A stretch of 63,715 nt of DNA, filler included, from Basidiobolus ranarum (GCA_040143965.1; 56 parts of 56 records of this genome joined end to end with filler, not necessarily neighbours in it); one strand, 5' to 3'; positions 1 through 10,846 are shown, counted from the first letter of the whole stretch. Numbers and translations are program-made. The notes: generated by a model from the sequence alone, not told the origin.

Positions 1-448
1 TCCATGGAATGTGTTTGTGTAAATACCCTATGTGTTGATTGACATAAATGGATCAGGCTGAGGTCTGATCAAGGAATACATGGGGCTTATATAGATATTG
101 CAAGGTGAAACATAATATACTGAATAGGGAATATACTGCAGCAAGTTCAAGAGTTGGGGTGTTGGGGACTACAAGGACCAATACAAATGGGGATGATGCA
201 AGGATGATGTAAGGATGATCAGGCAACCTTCCATGGAAGGTCTTGGCAGAAATACACTATGTGTAGGATGACATGATTGGTTAGCTTTCATGGAATGTTC
301 CAAAGAATGTGATTTCCATATAAGGTAATGTGGATGAACTGACACCAAGTTGCCAAGAAGGGATGGCACAGCAGATATGATGTCATAATCTAATAATAGG
401 GAAGTTCTATTTGTAGTGGATCAGTATGCCAAGATCAGAAGCATGACA
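1..448 (-). repeat. Partial 3' LTR of chromovirus-type Ty3/gypsy family A
   Basis: The minus strand starts TGTCATG at 448, right after the polypurine tract AAAGAAGGGGATAC. It matches the LTR at 10322-10844 over most of its length. Confidence 0.85.
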
Positions 449-462
449 GTATCCCCTTCTTT

Positions 463-974
463 AGTGATGGCTTCCAGACATCTTAGGGCCAGGTTTTTCT
501 GGGTAGGCTTCATGAAACTTCTGGCAAAGTTCCTTGGAATTGGAAAGATTTGTTGCTGGCTCCCATGATTGATCATTTGTTGAATATCCCTTCCAGTCCA
601 CTAAATATTGCAATTTACATCAATAAATTCTGGAATCTAGAATTTTGCTAACTTCATATTCAGGGTGTTCTTCCACTTGGATTGCTGGGGGTGGGTCAAT
701 GGATTGGCCCTGGAAGGTGTTTCTGGCATGTGGCTCTAAGAGAGACACATGGAATACATTGTGGACTTTGAAATGGGCTGGGAGTTCAAGGCAGAAGGCT
801 ACTGAATTGATTTGCTTAATAATCTTAAAAGGCCCTAGTCTTTTATGATCAAGTTTATCACAAGGTCTAGTGGTTTTGATATTTTTCTGGAGTAGCCAAA
901 CATAATCTCCTGGCTTGAGATCTGGACTTGGCTTTCTTTTCTTATCAGCAAAGTTCTTGTATTGGGATTGAGCT
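463..974 (-). pseudogene. Gypsy family A integrase C-terminus with chromodomain (frameshifted)
   Basis: Manual minus-strand translation gives PPPAIQVEEHPEYEVSKILDSR...LQYLVDWKGYSTNDQSWEPATNLSNSKELCQKFHEAYPEKPGP, a typical chromovirus chromodomain. Confidence 0.85.
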
Positions 975-1047
975 AAAGAAACTCCCTCCTCGGCTGCCCC
1001 TGTGGGTGAAGCAGCCTCTGCCAGCCCGATCGAGGATCGGCTTAAAG

Positions 1048-1147
1048 NNNNNNNNNNNNNNNNNNNNNNNNNNNNNNNNNNNNNNNNNNNNTTAATTAAT
1101 TAANNNNNNNNNNNNNNNNNNNNNNNNNNNNNNNNNNNNNNNNNNNN
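1048..1147. other. Artificial contig spacer (N44-TTAATTAATTAA-N44); recurs about every 1.14 kb through the window
   Basis: Identical N-run/TTAATTAATTAA/N-run at every junction. The linker has stops in all six frames, and contig lengths decline steadily from 1047 to 1032 nt. Confidence 0.98.
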
Positions 1148-2080
1148 ACACCTAGATGAGTGGATATTGATGGGAGTCCTGGTAAAATATGATGGTATCT
1201 TGACATTTTCAAGCATTTTCCCAATTGATTCAAACTTTGATCCCATCTTGAATGGCTCATTCATATTTAATCTTCCACTCTATAGATGGGTAAATAGGAT
1301 TGGAATGTTGTTGAATAGTAAGTGCATAGTGCCTAATGGGAAGATCTGGCTCCAGCTGATCCCCTTTAGCATTATAATCTTAGGCTTATGGCTAATATAA
1401 GTTTGATATTGGACTGACTATTTGGTGAATTGATATCAGCAATCATATAAAATTCTGCCCAGGCTTGTGACAGTAAAATCATGAAGTTTAGTGTTGTATT
1501 TGGAAAGTAGTACTATGCATGCCCGTTAGAGTAAAATCCATTGATTTGACAAAATTCACAGCAAGATAGTGCATTGTGCCTGCTAAAACATCCAAGTTTA
1601 CTGGTGGCAGGAGAGTCACCAATGCATACAATGATACTGGCTCCAAGAAGCTATCTATAAGCACTGGTGATTTAGGTCCAGATATGATGGATAGTATCTA
1701 AGTACTATGACTCTTATAACATTCAGAAGGAGGAAGATTTAAGTTGATACACATTATTGGGCAGCAAGCATTTCCAACAGTATACTTGTTTAGTGAGAAA
1801 CCATCCAGAGCCAATGCAAATGCATGATCATATGTGTTCTCAAAGAGACCTTGACTTTTCAGATTCTGGTAGTGATATCCATCAAGTATATTGGTAATAC
1901 CATCAGCTTTATGTTGAGAACTTTTGTATTGGATCAATGATCTATATTTGGGTGATTTAATCAAAATTTTAAGACAGGGAATCAATGGTATGTAAATCAA
2001 ATATGAGCAATATTTACCTGATTCAGTGATTCTCAATTGTGTGCAAACAGTACACAACTTCAGGTTTTTCAGATCACCAG
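1148..2080 (-). pseudogene. CACTA/EnSpm-like (Tnp2/Transposase_21-type) transposase fragment
   Basis: ORF 1698-2123 has HAFALALDGFSLNKYTVGNACCPIMCINLNLPPSECYK, the Tnp2 'LxxDGF...WP..L...NLPP' motif. Confidence 0.8.
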
Positions 2081-2293
2081 TTAGTTGATGGTCTTGATGG
2101 TGTTTTGGTTGAACTTTGCTCAACTATTGATTCACTACGTAATTGGGGGATTACAATCTCTTCACTTGCACTATTGCTGGAAAGGAACACATCNNNNNNN
2201 NNNNNNNNNNNNNNNNNNNNNNNNNNNNNNNNNNNNNTTAATTAATTAANNNNNNNNNNNNNNNNNNNNNNNNNNNNNNNNNNNNNNNNNNNN

Positions 2294-3187
2294 GACAGGA
2301 ACACATCTTGTAAATTGATTAATGCTTCATCATTACTTGAGTTAGTTTCCAGCATGTTAATGCCTTCCAAAGTGGATAGTCGATTGCTAGACTGCTCATC
2401 AATTAAGTCCTCTGTTCTTGCTGGTTTTTCTCCTTTTGTGCCAGCAGGCTTTGGCTTGGAAGCCAATTTTGACTTAGATTTTGAATGCTTTTTGAATGGC
2501 ATTGAAATTTTCAGATGGTAAACTTGGTGTAATGAATTTGCTTAGAAACAGCTTATAATAAACCAAAATTGTCATCAATTACCGGAAATATCTTGCTATT
2601 ATTGTTGCATATTCCTGTGCTATGAGAGCCGGAGCCTGCATAGAAAAAATAAGCACAAGTACGGTCACTATACAAAGCCACCAGCTGCACAAAGCCTGGT
2701 GTATAAAAACTGTAATAAGTGTACTAAATCTACTTTAGTTTTGCCTATTGAGTCCACTGACTGTAGTTTGCCTCAAAGTTTTGGTAACACAGCCAAAAGT
2801 CAAGATACCATGGAGTTACCACAGTTATATGACCAGAATGATGTAGGTCAAAGTGCAACTTTGGTCAAACCAGTAAGTCCAGACAACTTTGAGGACTTGC
2901 TGCTAGATGTTGACCTTGGTTATTCCAGTACCCAAGGTAGTGTATTGGCAGTTGAAGAATAAGACAATGCTTTTATTACGGACTCTTTGTTATCAGCAAA
3001 CCTTAGTCCCCTCATAACACTTACATTAAAGGAAGCAGCTTTGATTGATGAGGAGTGGAGAGTTCAATCCAATCTTAGCAACCAGGTGTTTATTGGCTTT
3101 CTGACACTTTTACCACAGTTGATTGGCAACTGTTGCTTGCCACAGACCTGGTACAAGTGGAAAACACTTGCCAATTGTACAACTTAT
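2294..3187. mobile_element. CACTA-like element centre: ORF2 N-terminus (minus, start 2502) diverging from transposase N-terminus (plus)
   Basis: MPFKKHSKSKS... on minus and YKNCNKCTKSTLVLPIE...LPQTWYKWK on plus. The same arrangement is seen at 42259-43295. Confidence 0.7.
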
Positions 3188-3339
3188 CCCTAACAGAAAT
3201 TTGAGGATTGTTATCGTAGGAAAACTGTCACAATTTTAATCCATTTGGGATTGACCCTTTACTTACTGTCATAAAATTGTCAAGTTAGATTTGATTTTAA
3301 TCAATTTTTTCAGTTTCAGGAGTGAAATTTCAAGATCTC
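3188..3339 (-). mobile_element. CACTA-like element terminus (ORF2-side end, CCCTAACAGAAAT) inserted in another copy
   Basis: The same terminus occurs at 8523, 12711, 13354, 19101, 46374 and 62914, each against different flanks. Confidence 0.8.
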
Positions 3340-3439
3340 NNNNNNNNNNNNNNNNNNNNNNNNNNNNNNNNNNNNNNNNNNNNTTAATTAATTAANNNNN
3401 NNNNNNNNNNNNNNNNNNNNNNNNNNNNNNNNNNNNNNN

Positions 3440-4485
3440 ACCATTCATTCCCCATCTTTAAGTTTTGATGAAAGCTCCCAAATTTAGATCATCGATCCAA
3501 TACCAAAGTACTTGCCATAAAGCTGATTGTATTACCAATATACTTGATGGATATCACTACCAGAGTCTGAAAAGTTAAGGTAACTCTGAGAACACATATG
3601 AACATGTATTTGCATTGGCTCTGGATTGTTTCTCACTAAACAAATATACTGTTGTAAAGGCTTGCTGGCCAATAGTGCTAATAAACTTAAATCTTCCTCC
3701 AGAAACTGAAAAGTCAAGGTTTCTTTGAGATCACATATTATCATGCATTTGCATTGGCTCTGGATGGTTTCTCACTAAACAAATATACCATTGGAAAGGC
3801 TTGCTGGCCAATAATCTTAATCAACTTAAATCTTCCTCCTTCTGAATGGTATAAGAGTCATAATATTTTGATACTATCCATTATATTAGGACCCAAATCA
3901 CCAGTGCTCCTCAATAGCTTCTTGGAGCCTTTGATTGTGGAATTTGAATGGTAATCTACTGCGGTTCTGATGGGTGAATATTTTATTAAAGCTAGTATCA
4001 TTGTATTTATTGGTGACACTCCTGCCATGATTAAACTTGGAGGTTTTTGCAGGCACAATGCCCTATCTTGCTTTAGATTTTGCCAAACTAATGGAGTTTA
4101 CTCTTTCAGGCATATGCATTACTACAATCCAAACACAACACTAAGCTCCATAATTTTACCATCAAGAGCTTGGTCAGATTTCAATATGATTAATGTTATC
4201 AATTCACTAGATAGTCAGTCTAACATGAAACTTAGTATTAGCTGTAAGCCTAAGATTATGTTGTCAAAGGGGATCAGCAGGAGCCAGAGCTTCCCATTAG
4301 GTACTGTGCACCTACTATTCAACTACATTCCAATGCTACTTGCTCAGCTATACAGTGGAAAATTCAATATGAATGAGCCATTTGATATAGGATCAAAGTT
4401 TGAATCAATTGGGAAAATGCTTGAAAACATCAACATACCAACATATTTTACCAGGACTCCCATCAATATCCACTCATCTAGGCAT
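3440..4485 (+). pseudogene. CACTA-like transposase core fragment
   Basis: ALDGFSLNKYTIGKACWPIILINLNLPPSEWYK...GPKSP...IGDTPA...CRFC, with stops and frameshifts. Confidence 0.82.
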
Positions 4486-4585
4486 NNNNNNNNNNNNNNN
4501 NNNNNNNNNNNNNNNNNNNNNNNNNNNNNTTAATTAATTAANNNNNNNNNNNNNNNNNNNNNNNNNNNNNNNNNNNNNNNNNNNN

Positions 4586-5058
4586 ACAGAGTGGCACAAT
4601 ATTGCAGGGTATCCGCCAGATAGCTGGAAGAATGTTGATTCAGCAACGTTAATACAATGGTGGGCTTTGATGGAGATATTGATACAAACCCATGTTAGGT
4701 ATGAGCTAAACCTTGGGTATGAGCTAAACCGTGGGTATGAAGAACTCTATAAAAATATTCAGGAGAACATATCACAGAGACTAGGGATTTCAAAGGTGAC
4801 AAATTAGCATTCAAGTGGTAATTGTATAAAATTTGAGTTATGTTTTTTGCATATTTGTTGATCCATAGTTCACTGAGATTGTAGCCAATCATGAGCAACT
4901 ATTTTGCAAGATCTTGAAATTTCACTCTGGAAACTGAAAAATTGATTAAAATCAAATCTAACTTGAGGATTTTATGATGGTAAGTAAATGGTTAATCCCA
5001 AATGGATTATAATTGTGACAGTTTTCCTACAATAACTATCCTCAAATTTCTGTTAGAG
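4586..5058 (+). mobile_element. CACTA-like ORF2 3' end plus terminus
   Basis: Matches 31400-31912 and ends TTTCTGTTAGAG, a variant of TTTCTGTTAGGG. Confidence 0.75.
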
Positions 5059-5195
5059 CTCTGTGATAGTGCCAGATTGTGCTGTATATATCATATTGTA
5101 TAAATTATTCTAAAATTTATGCAGCACAATTTGGCACTATTCATCACCCTCTGGCATGCTCTGTTTCAATCATGCTTACTCTAATATATTGATCC

Positions 5196-5476
5196 GGTTG
5201 AAATCTGGTGACTTGTGATACAAGCAGAAATTCCCAAAGAGGAAAATATGGAATTTGGTGACTGCATTTGTGCCCAAAGTCTAAGGCCAATCAGGTGGTT
5301 GTATAGCTGATATGCCCAAGTACCATATGCTGACAGACTAGTTTAAGACTCCCTAGTAATATAGGCATAGCATATAAGGACTGGTAGCTCAGTGGTTAGA
5401 GCCCCTTGCTAGAGTGAAGGAGGTCCCAGGTTCTAATCCTGGTGAGATCAATATTTCTCCCTAAATAATTTCAATA
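5196..5476 (+). repeat. Putative solo LTR (~280 bp) containing a tRNA-like cassette
   Basis: Starts (G)GTTGAAATCTGGTGACTTGTG, matching TGTTGAAAGTCTGGTGACTTGTG at 37548. Ends TTTCAATA, a near inverted repeat of TGTTGAAA. Confidence 0.55.
5378..5450 (+). tRNA. tRNA-like pseudogene / tRNA-derived Pol III promoter (nominal anticodon AGA, poorly paired acceptor stem)
   Basis: D arm GCTC-AGTGGTTA-GAGC, anticodon arm CCTTG-CTAGAGT-GAAGG, variable AGGTC, T arm CCAGG-TTCTAAT-CCTGG. A and B boxes are recognisable; length 73 nt. Confidence 0.75.
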
Positions 5477-5731
5477 TTGGACTTGTTCCCTGTGATAGTG
5501 CCAGATTGTGCTGTATATATCATATTGGATAAAGCATTCTAAAATTGATGCGGCACAATTTGGCACTATCCAGCACCCTCTGGCATGATCAGTTTCAATC
5601 ATGTTTACTCTAATATATTGATCCAAGGTCCNNNNNNNNNNNNNNNNNNNNNNNNNNNNNNNNNNNNNNNNNNNNTTAATTAATTAANNNNNNNNNNNNN
5701 NNNNNNNNNNNNNNNNNNNNNNNNNNNNNNN

Positions 5732-6543
5732 ACTTGATGGTAGCAACTAGAACAAAAATTGGGAATCTATATCATCTGGATATTGCACCAATCACTGAGA
5801 CTGTTTCTAACTTTGCAACAATTACTTCTGGAAACTTGATGATTTGGCATCAGCACTTGGGTCATCTAAACTATGATAGTGTGAAGTTTTTATATAAAAA
5901 TAGCCTAGGTACTGGAATTGATCTTCAGCCCTCAGATATTACTAAATGTGAAAGCTGTACTCAAGGGAAAATCACCAGATACCATTTCCAAAAGAAGGAG
6001 CTAGCAAAGCCAAAGATTTATTGGATCTTATTCATACAGACTTATGTGGCCTAATGAAAACTCTGACACCAAGTAAGCAACAATATTTCCTCATCTTTAT
6101 TGATGATAAATTTCACTTCACAGTTTCATATCTTCAGTCAAGCAAAGGAGAAGTGTTTCAATATCTCAAGATATATGAAGCATTGGTCATAACCATAGCA
6201 GGAAGAAAATCAAATACCTATGCAGTGATAATGGAACTGAATTTAGCAATGAAGCCATGACTAGTTTTTGTCAAGAAAAGGGAATTCAGCAGCAATCTAC
6301 AATTCCATATAGTGCAGAACAAAATGGAGTTGCAGAAAGGATGAATAGGACTTTAGTAGAGAAAGCATATGCAATGCTGATTGAATCAGATCTGCCAAAG
6401 ACCTATGGGGGTAAAGCTATTTTAACAGCTACATATCTCCAAAATAGAAGTCCCAACACGTAGGACTCATGACTCTTAAACTCCTATTGAAATCTGGACA
6501 GGACATGAGCCTAATCTTAATCACCTCAGAATTTTTGAATCAA
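5732..6543 (+). pseudogene. Ty1/copia GAG-pre-integrase and integrase core fragment
   Basis: WHQHLGHLN...CESCTQGK, DLIHTDLCG, FIDD and PYSAEQNGVAERMNRTLVE motifs. Confidence 0.9.
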
Positions 6544-6544
6544 T

Positions 6545-6777
6545 TGTCATTATTGTATACTTGGCATACTGATCCACTGCAAATAGAACTCTTCTATTAT
6601 TATATTATGACATCATATCTGCTGTGCCATCCCTTCTCAGCAATCTTGTGTTAGTTCATCCAGATTATCTTATATGGAAGTCATGTTCTTTGGAACATTC
6701 CATCAAACCTAACCAATCATGTCATCCCACACATAGTGTATTTCCACCAAGACCTTCAATGGAAGGTCACCTGATCA
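6545..6777 (+). repeat. Gypsy family A LTR (5' part) inserted in copia
   Basis: TGTCAT start; matches 10322 onward. Further copies at 20412, 27236, 34476(-), 40187(-) and 43526(-). Confidence 0.8.
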
Positions 6778-6877
6778 NNNNNNNNNNNNNNNNNNNNNNN
6801 NNNNNNNNNNNNNNNNNNNNNTTAATTAATTAANNNNNNNNNNNNNNNNNNNNNNNNNNNNNNNNNNNNNNNNNNNN

Positions 6878-7265
6878 GAGAAGCACAAAGTTCTTTATTT
6901 TCTTGCTGAAGCTGAGTAAAAGCTCCCATTATATCTCCTATGGTAGGGGCTGGTGTAGACAAAATACTTACTATGTTGGGAGGGGAGGTTTTAAAACCAC
7001 CAGTTTCTCTAGGAATGATAATCACAATGCAATGTCCAACTTTCTGTTGAAGAAATGATTGGCGCCTTGACAAAAGAATATGCTGTTATCAACATCCTTT
7101 GATCTTGATCAAGCTTCTTGGATCAGAACCAACTGGAGACTCAACCAGTTGTGTCTTGACAAGGATGCACTTGGAGCAATTATCCAAAGGTGGAAGATGC
7201 CTTTGCCTTAGCAGGGCAGCTAGGGAAAGAAGGGTAACAAGCGGGAGGCCTACCTTGGAGGGTTA
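6878..7265 (-). mobile_element. Gypsy family A 5' leader and gag start
   Basis: Reverse complement matches about 10950-11310 (STPAPTIGDIMGAFTQLQQENKELC). Confidence 0.7.
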
Positions 7266-7269
7266 CAGG

Positions 7270-7575
7270 TGTTGAAGTTTATTGTCTTTATCGTATTTGT
7301 TATCTCTATCTTCATACACCTAACTATTTCATATATCACATGTAAGTTAGTTAACATTACTTAGTCAAATATCACTTAGCTGAAAATCAGAACATATATT
7401 ATATATATATATGAATAATGTGAGAATTAGCAATTCCATATTGGAAATTTCAAACTCATGCAAATTGCCCCAAAGATAGCTCATTTTACTCCCACAGATG
7501 TTCTGAACACAACCCCAGTGTTAGTTTTCTGTATTTCCACCAAAATGTATAAATGCTTTATTTCTGGACATAAAT
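7270..7575 (+). repeat. Copia family B LTR (TGTTGAAGTTTATTG...), interrupted
   Basis: The same sequence follows a PPT at 37252. Minus-strand copies occur at 14889-15096, 40761-41021 and 46807-47043. Confidence 0.75.
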
Positions 7576-7922
7576 AGACTTGTTCCATTTTATTGAGCCA
7601 GATCAGGCCAGCTAAAAAGTATGCCAGCACAAATTGGCATGATTGGGCACTATACAGCATGATGTTATTTACCATTTCAGAAACAGTTTATTTTACTCAT
7701 GTGGTATGTTTAAGAAAAGTACTTTTAGACATTATTGCACATTCAAAAGATAATGAAAGCTTTATTCATAGTGTCTTAAGTCTAGAGCTCTCAATGGATA
7801 TCTTTGAGTAAGGATGTATTGAGAATTAATCAAGATTTTGACTACTTTGCCTAACTTTGATTGAGGCCCACAAAATGATTTTCCTCTATACTTTCCTGCT
7901 ACAATGCTATATCTCTTTAGGA
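7576..7922 (-). mobile_element. IS5/PIF-Harbinger-like DNA transposon 3' end with terminus AGACTTGTTCCA
   Basis: Near-identical to 9679-10020. The inverted motif TGGAACAAGTCT ends homology at 25488 and 37515. Confidence 0.65.
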
Positions 7923-8022
7923 NNNNNNNNNNNNNNNNNNNNNNNNNNNNNNNNNNNNNNNNNNNNTTAATTAATTAANNNNNNNNNNNNNNNNNNNNNN
8001 NNNNNNNNNNNNNNNNNNNNNN

Positions 8023-8523
8023 ATTTAGTCTGGTGCTGACCATGCAGATATCTGGGAAGAACTTAATACAGAGTGGCACAATATTGCAGGGTATCTGCCA
8101 GATAGCTGGAAGAATGTTGATTCAGCAACATTAATACAATGGTGGGTTTTGATGAAGATATTGATACAAACTTGTGTTGGGTATGAGCTAAACCTTGGGT
8201 ATGAAGAACTCTCTAAAAGTATTCAGGAGAATATATCAAAGAGACCAGGGATTTTGAAGGTGACAAATTAGCATGCAAGTGGTAATTGTGTAAAATTTGA
8301 GTTATGTTTTTTGCACATGTGTTGATCCATGATTCACTGAGATTGTAGCCAATCATGTGCAACTATTTTGCAAGATCTTGAAATTTCACTCCTGAAACTG
8401 AAAAAATTGAGTAAAATCAAATCTAACTTGACAATTTTATGACGGTAAGTAAATGGTCAATCCCAAATGGATTAAAATTGTGATGGTTTTCCTGCAATCA
8501 CAATTCTCAAATTTCTGTTAGGG
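8023..8523 (+). mobile_element. CACTA-like ORF2 3' end and terminus
   Basis: Ends TTTCTGTTAGGG at 8523. Confidence 0.8.
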
Positions 8524-9066
8524 TAATAGAAGTAAACACATAGATATTAAGCATCACTTCATTAGAGAGACTATAGAGAATAAGTTTATTGACTTAGCTT
8601 ATAGTTTGACAGAAGACATGATTGCTGATATATTAACCAAACCTTTAGCTAGATAGAAATTTGAGAAATTGAGACCTTTATCAGTATTGGTGTATATGAC
8701 TATTTAGTTGAGAGAGAGTGTTGAAATTAGCATTGCCTAAACATCCATAAAGTCATATATAACTTAGTACTTAGTTATCTTATAACTCACTCAGATATTT
8801 TCAGTTATTCTCAATTGGAATTTACTTTGAATATTTTTAGTAACTTAGAAGTTCCCAGATATATAGATTTTTCAAACTTGTGCTAGAAGCCCCAAACTTT
8901 GCACACATGTTCCTAGGACCTTCCTTAACATATTCTACATGTTAGTTTGTTTACATCTTGACCAAACTATAAATGTCAACTTTCTACTCAATAAATTGAT
9001 TAGTGAAAATCACCAATTCCTCTAATTTTCCAAACCACTTCCAACAGGCTCCCAAATACTTTAACA
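8524..9066 (+). mobile_element. Copia family A RNase H end, PPT and 348-bp LTR (8719-9066)
   Basis: RSKHIDIKHHFIRE...DMIADILTKPL motif, PPT GAGAGAGAG, and LTR TGTTGAAA...TTTAACA. Confidence 0.88.
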
Positions 9067-9167
9067 GNNNNNNNNNNNNNNNNNNNNNNNNNNNNNNNNN
9101 NNNNNNNNNNNTTAATTAATTAANNNNNNNNNNNNNNNNNNNNNNNNNNNNNNNNNNNNNNNNNNNN

Positions 9168-9678
9168 ATGCAATAGTCCTAAATTATACCAAACTAATAA
9201 CAGCACATACTCTATTCAATAAAACTTAAGTGCGCAACTCACAAATCCAAATCCTGGCCAAAACACTTCCAAATCCCCTAAGCACTCTGAGCAGGTCATG
9301 AACCCTAAGCTAGCTGTTAAAGGAAGGTTTACCAGTATAATACCAATGTTTCTACATCCAAAGACAAGTTTGATGGTGAAGACTTTCACCTTTGAAAGTG
9401 AAATATGGAAATGGTGCTACAAGATAAGGACCTGTAGGTATTTCTTATCAGAGAAGAAAAAGAGCAAAAGGGACCACCAGAAACAGAGGAAAGCACTCTG
9501 TTCACTTTGTCTTAATCTTAGTGACCCTTAATTGAGGCACACATACTCAGCCAAAAGCACCCAAAATGCTTGGAAAACACCGGTTCAACTTGATGAGACT
9601 GAAAGTCTAGCTAATAGATTAAATCTTAGATGAAAATTATTCACAATACAAATGAAATATGTTGATTCTATGTCTATT
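9168..9678 (+). mobile_element. Copia family C LTR end, PBS (9294-9305) and degenerate gag
   Basis: GGTCATGAACCC PBS variant. Homologous to the minus strand of about 27452-27780. Confidence 0.65.
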
Positions 9679-10212
9679 AGACTTGTTCCATGTTATTGAG
9701 CCAGATCAGGCCAGCTAAAAAGTGTGCCAGCACAAATAGGCATGATTGGGCACTATCCGGCACAATGTTATTTACCATTTTGGAAACAGTTTATTTTACT
9801 TATGTGGTATGCTTAAGAAAAGTACTTTGAGACATTATTGCACATTCAAAAGATAATGAAAGCTTTATTCATCATGTCTTAAGTCTAGTGCTCTCAATGG
9901 ATAACTTTGAGTATGGATGTATTGAGAATTAATCAAGATTTTGACTACTTTGCCTAACTTTGATTGAGGCCCACAAAATAATTTTCCTCTATACTTTCCT
10001 GCTACAATGCTATATCTCTTTAGGAAACTAAAGCTATGTTCTACTCTTGCTCTAAAATGCGATAAAATGTCATTATAAAGCTTTTGCCTCACTGTGAGTA
10101 TCCCTCCTCTGGGCCTCTTGTTAGCAGTGACACATCCTAGCCTTCTGCATTCTTCCCCAACATATGCCAAATCAGCTATAGTCTTCTCATAACTTACAAA
10201 TGGTGCATGCCT
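9679..10212 (-). mobile_element. IS5/PIF-Harbinger-like (DDE_Tnp_4-type) transposase C-terminus plus terminus
   Basis: TIADLAYVG...KRPRGGILTVRQKLYNDILSHFRARVEHSFSFLKRY fits the 'ADxxY...YN......RxxVEHxFxxLK' signature. Confidence 0.78.
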
Positions 10213-10321
10213 NNNNNNNNNNNNNNNNNNNNNNNNNNNNNNNNNNNNNNNNNNNNTTAATTAATTAANNNNNNNNNNNNNNNNNNNNNNNNNNNNNNNN
10301 NNNNNNNNNNNNATCACATGT

Positions 10322-10844
10322 TGTCATGATTCTGATCTTGGCATACTGATCCACTGCAAACAGAACTCCTCTATTACTAGATTATGACATCATATCTGCT
10401 GTGCCATCCCTTATTGTTAATCTTGTGTTAGTTTGTCCAGATTTCTTTATATGGAAGTCATGTTCTTTCAAACATTCCAAGAACCTAACCAATCATGTCA
10501 TTCCACACATAGTGTATTTCCACCAAGACCTGCCATGGAAGGTCACCTGGTCATCCTTACATCACCCCTCTTTGTATGGTCCTTGTAGTCCCCAATATCC
10601 CAACTCTTGAACTTGCCACAGTATATTCCATATTAAGTATATTATGTTTCACCTTGCAATATCTATATACACCCCATGCATTCCTTGATCAGACTGAGGT
10701 CTGATCAACACCAGTTAACAATAAAAATTCTTGCCAAAGCATCTTCCTTGTCCAGTCTTGTCTTGTGGTATACACCTAAATATTCTCCTGCCTTCTAGCC
10801 TCTTGTTGTTGCTCCCAATCCTCGTCCAGTTCCTTATTGTGACA
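10322..10844 (+). repeat. Complete 5' LTR (523 bp) of gypsy family A
   Basis: TGTCA...TGACA termini, TATA-like CTATATA at about 10663, followed by leader and gag. Confidence 0.88.
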
Positions 10845-10846
10845 GT

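Noticed and set aside
169-369. Recurrent small ORF MPSLLGNLVSVHP (also 6624, 10401, 27219)
   Set aside because: It lies within gypsy LTR copies with inconsistent starts and stops. Recurrence reflects the LTR, not a gene.
975-1047. Hammerhead or HDV-like ribozyme
   Set aside because: The CUGANGA/GAAA core and the HDV P1/P3 pairings are not satisfied on either strand.
1092-1103. TTAATTAATTAA recurring at a regular ~1.14-kb period, like a CRISPR or regular repeat
   Set aside because: It is always embedded in N-runs and is an artificial six-frame-stop linker. The period reflects length-sorted contigs.
3188-3195. CCCTAA/TTAGGG as telomeric repeats
   Set aside because: Always a single unit forming the transposon TIR, never tandem.
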